Part shown: positions 1 to 8,764 of the stretch, piece by piece
How positions within the stretch are numbered: position 1 is the first letter of the stretch
How the letters are laid out: each line of letters starts with the position of its first letter
Assembly (NCBI RefSeq): GCF_000760515.2
Contig: NW_013546656.1
Location: 49,023 to 69,022 of the forward strand
Direction: 5' to 3'
Length of the DNA: 20,000 nucleotides
Origin: Mitosporidium daphniae
Taxonomy: Eukaryota
Notes under the pieces: model-generated
What the model was told of the DNA's origin: nothing
The model's input: only the letters and a program-made list of their open reading frames with translations
Databases searched by the model: none
Made by a program: the position numbers and the translations under genes

Positions 1-731
1 CTGGGCGTCTGAGGTGTTGTGGGAGCTGACTGACCAGGAGCTGCTTCACCAGGAGCTGCCTCACCAGGAGTTTCTGTCCGAGGGTCTTCTGGTAAATTTG
101 GCGCTTCAACTTGGACACCTTGAGCTGGCGCCTGTGGCGTAGAGCCTTCAGGTTGGACTGCCATCAAGTCATAGAGCTGTGAAAACAGAGATATTAGAAG
201 CCGCTGTAGTCCATCTGGCGACGACAGATCCTCTTCCGTAATCGAAGTTGAAAACGTTGCTGCAAGCGTCTGGGGGAAGGTAGGTTGTAGTGTTTCTGGA
301 AAAAGGCGGGGTCGGGTTCGCGAAGACTCTGTCGCTGCTTCATTTTCACGTGTTGGCCGCCTGCGATGGGATCCATTTCCACGGCCTGTCGGCGTAAAAA
401 TCCCAAGAATAGATTGGACGAATCCCGGCAGCGAACGCAGACTGGGAGGTGATGGGGTAGAATCTGGAGAAGTCGAGCTTTCGGCCGACGAAATTGGCAA
501 TGTAATTCGGATGACCGCTGCGGGTGCAGTGGGGTAGGCAAATGTGCCAGCAGGCATGGCTGGTGCAGCGGGCTGCTGCGCATCCTCTGCACCAGGACTC
601 GCCGTAATCTCTTCCACAAACCCATCGCCGCATGAGAGGCACATGGGAGACTCCGAGGACTCCACTGCGACCGCATCAGGGCCGGCGCCGGCGTCAAACC
701 TACGCTGGCAGGTGTGACAATAGTACCACAT
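1..731 (-). CDS. RNF126/RNF115-like E3 ubiquitin ligase, N-terminal part (zinc ribbon + Pro/Ala/Ser-rich linker); continues past the window edge
   Basis: Not in the ORF track. ATG at 731 on - opens a frame with no stop to position 1: MWYYCHTCQRRF...PMCLSCGDGFVEEI, matching the YxCHxC...CxxCxxGFVEE zinc ribbon of RNF126/RNF115. The RING domain would lie outside the window. Confidence 0.8.
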   Translation of the reverse strand, partial: MWYYCHTCQRRFDAGAGPDAVAVESSESPMCLSCGDGFVEEITASPGAEDAQQPAAPAMPAGTFAYPTAPAAVIRITLPISSAESSTSPDSTPSPPSLRSLPGFVQSILGIFTPTGRGNGSHRRRPTRENEAATESSRTRPRLFPETLQPTFPQTLAATFSTSITEEDLSSPDGLQRLLISLFSQLYDLMAVQPEGSTPQAPAQGVQVEAPNLPEDPRTETPGEAAPGEAAPGQSAPTTPQTP

Positions 732-766
732 TGGAATTAAATTCTAAATTTTAACATTTAAACATC
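732..766. promoter_or_regulatory. 35-bp AT-rich divergent (bidirectional) promoter region
   Basis: Only 35 bp (tggaattaaattctaaattttaacatttaaacatc) separate the head-to-head ATGs at 731 (-) and 767 (+); contains AAATT/AATTT tracts. Confidence 0.6.
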
Positions 767-3690
767 ATGTCTACACGCGGCGGGGTCCTTTCTGACAAGC
801 TGGCTATCGTTGTCGATGAGGATGAGTATGAACAACGCATCGTTACCGAGCTAGACGAGGCCCTGCGTAAAAATGCTGCTGTTGGAATTACACGGCGTCT
901 GGAAAAGATTGCCGTTGTTGTCGATCGGTGCGACGAGATAATGCGCCACCAGAACCCAACCACAAGGCAATATGCACGCGCGGAGCACAAAAAAATGACT
1001 GCTCTTTCTGAACGCAACTCCCTGCTTGCCACTATTGACGTGGATGCCCAAGATTTGGAAATAGACCCAAAGATTGATGTTGTATCTAAGTTACATACCA
1101 AGGCTGATGCAGATCTAAAAATAATTGTCGATAAAGAGGACGAACGTGGCTCACTTGATGCAGAGAATAACTTGACGGTCGAAGATGATTACGACGACGA
1201 TGCCTATGCTGAGCGTATCATCAGATACCGTGCGTGTTATTTTAAAGAAGGTGTCGAACAGTCCAAAGCTGGCATTCGTGTCGAAGGGACTCCATGGAGC
1301 ATTCCAGCATCGCTACATGCCAGATTACTTCCTTATCAAGTTGAGGGTGTCAAATGGTTGCTGAACCGTTTTCAGCTAGGGGCAGGCGGAATCCTTGCCG
1401 ATGAAATGGTATTGCAACGACATTCTGACCTTTTCTTTTGCTCGCTTCCGGTTCCTTTTGCTCGTTTCCGTTTCCCTTTCTTTTTTCATCTTGCCATTTT
1501 TTCGCTCAGATTTTAATCCTCTAGGGACTCGGAAAAACAGTACAGGCTCTGGCAGTTGTGGCCGCCCTAACCACTTTAGAAGTTCCGGCCAGTGTACTGG
1601 TGATTGCACCAGCGACCCTTGTTGCCCAATGGGTCGCCGAATGCCATCGATGGTATCCACCACTGCGTGTAATTGCATTTCACCGGTCACTACGCCGCTC
1701 GGGGTTGTCACGGCTTGTACTGCCCACCGGAAACTTGCTTGTTGTCACTTCATATTCCATGTTTTTGATGGAGAAGCGGCACATCCTTTCTTTACGACCA
1801 TGGAACGCTGTTATCCTTGATGAGGGGCATCGAATTCGCAACCACGATGCAGCTATCTCTGTAGCACTTCGGGATATTTTTGTATTTCGATCCATTTACC
1901 TTTTAGTGTGCGCAACGCGTATTGCTGACCGGGACGCCCATCCAAAATTCTCTTGTTGATCTCTGGGCTCTCGTAGATTGGGTGCATCCGGGACGGTTGG
2001 GAACACTCCATGCCTTTGGGGTTCATTTTGAAACACCTATTCGTGCCGGCTCCTACGCGCAGGCCGGCCCTCTTCAGCGAGCTGCTGCATACAGGTGTGC
2101 TGCGTTGTTGCGAGAGCTTATTGCGCCCGTGCTTTTGCGCCGTTGGAAGCGGCAGGTAGCTGTTCAGCTACCGCCAAAACGCGAGCAGGTTCGCCCGGCC
2201 ATTTCATCCGTAGATTGTCTTTTGCCGGCTAAGCGAGCAGCAACGTGCCATTTATCGCAACTTTTTGATCTCTCCGCTTATTGACGGTATCCGAAAAAAG
2301 CGGGTCAATCTTCTGCATGGCATTGACATCATGCGCAAAATTTGCAACGCTCCAGAACTGCTTACCACCAAGAACGAAAAGCTTCATCCTCAAAAATCTA
2401 CCGCAGAGCTGTTGAAGCTAATGAACTTTGTCGATCCTCCAAATGGATTTTGCGATAGCATTCCTGGAAAGATCCGCGTGTTAGAGGCAATACTGGCTGA
2501 TTGGCATGCCTCCGGCAATCGAGCACTTGTTTTTTGTCAGACACGCCAAATGCTGGACGTGCTTGAGCGAATAGTGCAGCAAAACGGTACGCTTTCTGTT
2601 CATCCTTTTTGGAAAATCCACCCACATGAGATTTTGCATGTACGCTTGTACGCCATGCATTATTACCCCTTTGTCGATTTACAGTTTCTAATTTATAGGG
2701 TACACATATCTACGTATGGACGGCTCTACAGATACTGCGCAGCGTCATCCACTTGTCTCGCGTTTCAACAGCGACCCGTCAGTATTTCTCTTCCTATTGA
2801 CCACGCGCGTCGGAGGTGTTGGGCTCAACTTGACTGGTGCAGATAGAGTCCTCATTTATGATCCTGACTGGGTAAGTATAACGCTGATACCCCACCCCAT
2901 CAATTTAATCAAATTTCCTTGCACTTTTATGATCCTCCTTTTAAATGCAAATTTTCGAGTTTTTATTAATGTTTTGCAGAATCCATCGACGGACGCCCAG
3001 GCTCGAGAACGTGTATGGCGTCTGGGACAGCACAATTCGGTGCATGTATATCGCCTCATCACCAAAGGCACCATTGAGGAGAAAATATACAGGCGGCAGA
3101 TCTTCAAGACCATGGTCACAAATAGAATCTTGAAAGACCCGCGGAGCCTTCAAATGTTCAAATCCTCTGAGATTCACGATCTTTTTACTCTTGACAGCGA
3201 TGATGAAGATGTTGTCGATAATCCCCAGCATGAGAGTCGTCAGCGTGAATTATCAAATGGCGAAAGCCTTTTGGTCGAGAAAACAGACCGAGATCCACTT
3301 CTTGACATGTTGCTTGACGCTACAGGTGTTAACGCCCCAAATGAGACGCCAATCATAAGGAAGGAGGCAAAAAAAATTGCCGAAACCTCACTGAGAATGC
3401 TTGAGCAAAGCAAGGAAAAAAGAGCGATTGACAGTGTAAGCGTTCTGGAGCATCTCAGACGCATTCGAGCAGAACCTTTGACTGAAATGCAGGGCCATAA
3501 TTGGCTTTTCACTGACCTGCGGTCTTTCTTGTTGGCACGTGGTGGGAGTGCTTCCACAGAGAGCATTTTGAAGGAGTTTGGACCACGCATTGCAAAGAAG
3601 GAAAAGATGCTTTTTAAAAGGATTCTCTTGGAGCTTTCAGAAAAAAGTGTCGTACGGGGAAACGTCCTATGGACGCTCCGCGAGATGTGA
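767..3690 (+). CDS. RAD26: SNF2-family transcription-coupled repair ATPase Rad26/CSB (ERCC6); exons 767-1408, 1525-1881, 1907-2188, 2214-2586, 2699-2871, 2980-3690
   Basis: Removing GT-AG introns 1409-1524, 1882-1906, 2189-2213, 2587-2698 and 2872-2979 restores [98 protein letters not shown]. The C-terminus has the CSB-type winged-helix segment ([18 protein letters not shown]...[10 protein letters not shown]...WTLR). Confidence 0.92.
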
Positions 3691-3716
3691 GCATTTAGGT
3701 CTTTTGTTTAGCTACG

Positions 3717-4523
3717 TTAAATTTCTTCATGTTTATTGTTACCGGGTTCAACGGCCCAGTCGATAGGCGACTCGTGCTGCGCCAACAGAAATTCATTTGC
3801 CAGACGAAAATGACCACAACCCAAAAAGTCTCTTGTTGCGGTAAAGGAAACCGGATGTGAGGCAGTCAAAATCAGGTGCCGATTTCCACCATCACATCGT
3901 CTGATCAGCGACTCTTTACGGCGTGCATGTACTCCCCAAAGCATAAATGCGACTCGTTTTGGGGCATGGAGAGCCACCAGTTCAATAACCTTGTCAGTAA
4001 AGATATCCCAACCGAACTGTGCATGCGAATTGGGGGTATTTGCCCTTACTGTCAAGGTGGTGTTAAGAAGTAAAACACCCTGCGTAGCCCAATACTCAAG
4101 CGAGGCATGGGGAAATACCATTTTAGTGGCTATGCAGGCATTCACTTCTTTGAAAATGTTCCTCAGCGACGGTTGCGGCGGCCTCCCTTTTGCAAGTGAA
4201 AATGCTAATCCAGTGGCCTGACCTTCACCGTGATACGGATCCTGTCCAATGATGACAACACGCACAGATCCAAATGGTGTCAATTGGCTCCATCTAAACG
4301 TTTGCGATTCCGGCGGGTAGACTGTGAACTTGGCACGCTCCGTCTCTAATTGCTGTGCCAACTTCATAAAATATGGCTTTTTGAATTCGTCTCCCAAAAT
4401 GTCGCGCCACGATGCTTCTACGCCCAAAATAAGGCGGTTAACGGCGGACTGATGCGCCACGTGGCCGATAGCGGATGGCTGCTCCGTTTGGACCTTGGAA
4501 TAGTGCTGGTACAATGTGGGCAT
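3717..4523 (-). CDS. UNG1: Family-1 uracil-DNA glycosylase
   Basis: GQDPYH catalytic motif, GLAFS, PPQPSLRNIFKE, WATQGVLLLN, FMLWG and SHP; single exon, 268 aa. Confidence 0.96.
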   Translation of the reverse strand: MPTLYQHYSKVQTEQPSAIGHVAHQSAVNRLILGVEASWRDILGDEFKKPYFMKLAQQLETERAKFTVYPPESQTFRWSQLTPFGSVRVVIIGQDPYHGEGQATGLAFSLAKGRPPQPSLRNIFKEVNACIATKMVFPHASLEYWATQGVLLLNTTLTVRANTPNSHAQFGWDIFTDKVIELVALHAPKRVAFMLWGVHARRKESLIRRCDGGNRHLILTASHPVSFTATRDFLGCGHFRLANEFLLAQHESPIDWAVEPGNNKHEEI

Positions 4524-4628
4524 TAAAAATTCGTTATTTAAATTTTGCTAATTGCGGGACCTCCTCCCTCTTCACTTATGGGGAAATGTTGTTGTGGCGC
4601 AGCCGGCGTCAAGCTCATAGATAGCGGA

Positions 4629-6129
4629 TCAGCAAGATAAAAGATTTCCCTCGCCGGGGGCGCCCATTTTCTCCCGCATCCTGGATACGATTGCCCTGGA
4701 TGCGCTCCATATGTATAATGTTCCTGACTCTGTGCCAGCAAGCAAAATGGTGTCGTCCAAATTAGGCCCAAGTGATATCGCTGAAATTGGTGCATCTGTC
4801 TGCAATTGGAGCCCTCTCTGTTCTGGATCTGCAAGAGTCAGGTCCCAAAACCGAAGAAATGCATCGGCACCGCCGGTGACCAGAGTGCCATCAGGTCGCC
4901 AGCTCGAAGCAACTACAGATCCTGGCACTTCTATTGGTGGATGTATAGTAGTTGAGGATGCCGAGACTGCTGATATGCACGAGGCTTTAGGTGAATTTTG
5001 AGCTTTTGACGTGCATGCCTCGTGCACAAGAACATGCAGTTGGCGCCGATCCATTCTTATATCGTACACTTTGAGCTCAGAGCCCTGGGCATGACCCTGG
5101 CAACTGATGATTAGCTGTGAATCTGGAGAGAAAATGATGCTGTCTGTATCGATGTGGCCGGTTGAAATCTTGAATGCGCACGACGATTTCGAGGAGCCAA
5201 CGCAGGACCCAAGCATGGGCATGCTGCGCAGATCGTAGCAACGGAGCACGCCGTCACCGCAGATTTCGTCACTGATCATGGAGGTTGTTCCACCTCCGAG
5301 AGCTAATAGCGAGCCATCTGGAGCAGCGGCCATTGCAGAAAGGCCTCCCGCAGGCGGCTGAAGCGTTGCGAGCCGCTGCATTACAATTCCATCCCAGATA
5401 CTCACTTGGCCCTTTTCGCCAGCGGGCGAGTATGACGTGAGCGAAAACAATAAATTTTCTGTTTGCTTGCTCTCGCCCCATTGCACGAGATCTGGAATTC
5501 CCTGTCGAGGACTGGCGCGGAAAAGCGGAGATGGGCGTGCTGATGTCCGGGAGCCTCGCTGATATGGCCACAGCAGTACAGAGCCATCCTGAGAGGCACT
5601 CGCCAAAATCAAATCGGATACATGCCTTGCAATCGAGTGAACGCGATCGCGATGTCCCTTCCATGTATCCAACAGATGAACTTGGTCTTCATCGACTTTC
5701 CAAAGCTTGATCAAGCCATCATATCCGCAAGAAAAAAAGCGCCCAGGGTCCTCTTTGCTGCAGGCTACGAGGTCTGAAACCGTTTGTCGGAGCCCTGTTG
5801 TAGAGGAACAATGGGCATCGAGGATCGAAATTGAGGGCCATTCTGGCGACACCATGAGCAGCTCGCCTTGGCGATTATATTCCTCCTCTGCAAGTGTGCA
5901 TGCTCCAACCATAAATACTGCGCGGCCTTGTACTCGGTCCGACTTGATTACGGTAATCTTGACATTAAAGGTATCGTCATACAGAGCCAGAAGAGCGGCG
6001 AAGCGTTGCTGCGTGTTCCAGCGGGAAATTTCTGCTATACCTAGGCACGCAAAAGTTTCCGTTTATTAAGGCATGCCGCGTACTTTCAATCCCATGAAGA
6101 ATGTGGTCTTGGAGATCCCGTGAACTCAT
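4629..6129 (-). CDS. WD40-repeat protein; probable exons 6129-6084 and 6040-4629
   Basis: Several WD repeats (FFSCGYDGLIKLWK, GHRDRVHSI..LASASQDGSVLLWP, LVTGGADAFLRFWD). The frame is open upstream of 5912 to an AG ending at 6041, and a 43-nt GTACGC..CTAG intron (6083-6041) joins it to an ATG at 6129. The 5' model is inferred. Confidence 0.8.
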
Positions 6130-6198
6130 ATGCACACAACAAAATCCGGCTAAAATTAAACCAAATTTCCAGACAAACAATTTACAGCAAATAATTGA

Positions 6199-7548
6199 AT
6201 GGCGGACCCGTTTGTACTCCTCGTGGACGCGCTCATACACCAAAGCCCTGTTACGCTGTTGGATGCAATTGGCAACGTGGTAACTGTGAAAGAGGGCAAC
6301 ATTGGTGCGGCAGAATACATTTCCTTTGGACCATCATACTGCTTTTTGCTAGCATGCCCCGTGCCACTTGCATGTCGGAATGTTGCAGGTAGCCAGGGCC
6401 ACTACACCATGGGCGCAGTATACTTTCTGCACCTGCGCCAACATCTTCCATTTTCAGAGTATTTGCGCGAGTGCCGCGCCATAAACTGGCCGCATATCTC
6501 CATTATCGATCGAAAGCTGGTTTTGCAAGCACTCTCCGGCGCAACAGAACATTTGGTGCTCATTGAGCAGATGATGACCCTGACCACAGTCCAGATGATC
6601 AAGCCTAGATCCATTGACGAGATAAAAGGTTTGCAAGACCAATTTTTACTTTCAGAAACTGCTATTCCATCCGATATCCGGATGGATGAGCAGAATCCAA
6701 GCGGTGTGGCACCACTAGAAAAGCCGGCGTTTATTCCAGGCGCGTTGTTTCTTAGTCGCAACAAAAACTATTCCGGCGTTGTCTCAACTTTGCGTGCACT
6801 GCTGAAAGTCGGTGCCTCCTCAAATGCGCCGCAGCAGGTACGCTCGCAAGGGGTAAGCTCAAGACCGCAAGTGTCTACGTCGCCGTCGTCGTCGTCGTCA
6901 TCTTTATTGCCAATGGGCCTTTCCGTAGTAAATCCCCGTCAATTGCTCGACCAAATGAAAGGGGGTAGTGGAAAATCTCAAATAGTCATGCCAGCGCCCG
7001 CACCGGTGGGAGAAAAATCACGAAATGACCCCATTATAGTGGTACCCTTTTCATCCACCTCTACGATCAACATGTTTAATGTGAAACAATTTTTGGAGGA
7101 ATGTCGGTTCGTCGATCCTACAACTGCTCGCGCCGAATGTTGCGGAAAAAAACCAGCCTTTACGACTGTCTCCCGTGAACGTGGAAAAAATGACATCCTC
7201 TCATATTTGGTGATAGATTCTGCGTCACGGCTAAGTTTAGAGGATTGGAAGAAGAGGGTCGTAGCTGTCTTTGCCCAGGGAGCCGCCTGGCAGTTTAAGG
7301 ATTGGCCAGAGCCATATGATTCACCCACACAGCTTTTTTCGTTAATCCAAGGCTTCCATCTTAAACATGAGGACGAAATGGTTGATCCACGGATCAAGGG
7401 ATGGAATGTGCAGGTACTCAATGTACACCAGACACGTCCTCATTTAGACCTCGAATCTGTCTTTGCTTTTTGGAGTACCCTGGATGCTTCGCTCCACGCC
7501 AGAGGTCTTATTCACTCAGCCACAGGAGGTCTCGGCACGACCAAATGA
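6199..7548 (+). CDS. CDC73: PAF1 complex subunit Cdc73 / parafibromin
   Basis: MADP start; C-terminal Cdc73 domain motifs PIIVVP, INMFNVKQFL, DWKKRVVAVFAQGAAWQFKDW, RPHLD...FW. Confidence 0.92.
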   Translation: MADPFVLLVDALIHQSPVTLLDAIGNVVTVKEGNIGAAEYISFGPSYCFLLACPVPLACRNVAGSQGHYTMGAVYFLHLRQHLPFSEYLRECRAINWPHISIIDRKLVLQALSGATEHLVLIEQMMTLTTVQMIKPRSIDEIKGLQDQFLLSETAIPSDIRMDEQNPSGVAPLEKPAFIPGALFLSRNKNYSGVVSTLRALLKVGASSNAPQQVRSQGVSSRPQVSTSPSSSSSSLLPMGLSVVNPRQLLDQMKGGSGKSQIVMPAPAPVGEKSRNDPIIVVPFSSTSTINMFNVKQFLEECRFVDPTTARAECCGKKPAFTTVSRERGKNDILSYLVIDSASRLSLEDWKKRVVAVFAQGAAWQFKDWPEPYDSPTQLFSLIQGFHLKHEDEMVDPRIKGWNVQVLNVHQTRPHLDLESVFAFWSTLDASLHARGLIHSATGGLGTTK

Positions 7549-7619
7549 CAAGTTTTTATCATTAAATTTAAGTTCGGTTTAAATTTAAAATTTAAAAATA
7601 CTGCTCTTTTTCATTAACA

Positions 7620-8331
7620 ATGGGTGAGTCTTGCGCCCCTCTCAGCTCTTTCTTCTTTTTCATCCATCCATTTTCTTTTCTTTATTTCGCCACCATTCCG
7701 TATGTCTTGCTAATCTTTAGGAATCAGCCGTGACAGTCGACACAAGCGCTCGGCAACGGGAGCCAAACGCGCTTTTTACTGCAAGAAGCGTAAACACGAA
7801 CTTGGACGTCAAGCAGCCAACACCAAGCTTGGTCCTAAGCGTATTCATGAGCTCCGCGTCCGCGGTGGAAATCACAAGTTCCGCGCCATGCGCCTAGATT
7901 CTGGAAATTTCGCCTGGGGTTCTGAGGCAATTACCAGAAAAACCCGTATTTTGGATGTCGTCTACAATGCTTCCAATAATGAGCTAGTGCGCACAAAGAC
8001 GCTTGTCAAGGGTGCCATCGTTCAAATCGATGCAACTCCCTTCCGTCAATGGTGGGAAACCCATTATGGCGTCGCTATTGGGAAAAAGAAGGCTGAAGAA
8101 ATTGCAGACCCATCCGTTGCCCAAAAGGAGCCTTCTGAAGCCGTCAAAGCTAAACACGCTATGCGCGCGCAAGACGCAGCCGTTGATGTGCATGTGAAGG
8201 AGCAGTTCAACACCGGTCGTTTGTATGCTATTCTCAAGTCCCGTCCCGGACAAAGCGGACGCGCTGACGGATATATTCTTGAGGGCCGCGAACTCGACTT
8301 TTACCTCAAGAAGATCAAGCACAAGAAGTAA
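7620..8331 (+). CDS. RPS8: 40S ribosomal protein eS8; exons 7620-7623 and 7721-8331
   Basis: ATGG|GTGAGT intron 7624-7720 (97 nt, branch-like GCTAAT, TAG) gives [18 protein letters not shown]; later [12 protein letters not shown] and [22 protein letters not shown] at 8346-8351. Confidence 0.97.
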
Positions 8332-8399
8332 ATTAACGCGAGTTCAATAAAGCCTTTCCACATACATGTACAAAGCTCGCTTCAAACCAGATTGGAACC

Positions 8400-8716
8400 A
8401 TTGTTCCCTATTCCAGGGCTTATTAGCCGCTAGAGTTACCGGGGGCCCAGGGTTGGGCCGTGGAAATGAATGTTCATGCACCGGCCGCTTCCTCTGCTAG
8501 TTTTCATTTCTTCGCTGTGATTGAGTGCAACTTTTGCATTGTTACTGCTGTGCCACATGCTTTTACATTGCATGTGGTGGCAGGTGCAGCTGCATGATGC
8601 ATCGATTCGCATCATGCATGCGATTTTCAAAGATTTTCTTAATTCCCCGTGATCAACGGTAGATCAGATCATAGAACTATTGATCTGCGATTCTGCAATG
8701 ATTATTATGCGGTCTG
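8400..8716 (+). ncRNA. Candidate structured ncRNA of unknown family (alternatively a structured 5' leader of the GPCR)
   Basis: Consecutive stems: GGCCCA 8444-8449/TGGGCC 8454-8459; AGTGCAA 8524-8530/TTGCATT 8534-8540; CCACATGC 8553-8560/GCATGTGG 8570-8577; TGCATGATGC 8591-8600/GCATCATGCA 8609-8618; CAGATCA 8665-8671/TGATCTG 8681-8687. G-U extensions favour the + strand. No credible ORF. Confidence 0.4.
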
Positions 8717-8764
8717 TTTTTATTAAAGGGCTGGTCAGCATTTTTCCAAACCACCATTGCAAGT

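Noticed and set aside
34..70. 15-bp repeat CCAGGAGCTGC(T/C)TCA
   Set aside because: An ordinary coding micro-repeat (PGEAA) in the low-complexity linker of the ligase.
194..697. ORF-track ORFs 194-697 and 346-642
   Set aside because: Alternative frames of the zinc-ribbon gene starting at 731; they show no motifs.
1409..2979. Intronic snoRNAs in the ~100-nt RAD26 introns
   Set aside because: No paired C/D boxes or H/ACA hairpins were visible; the introns are mostly pyrimidine- or AT-rich.
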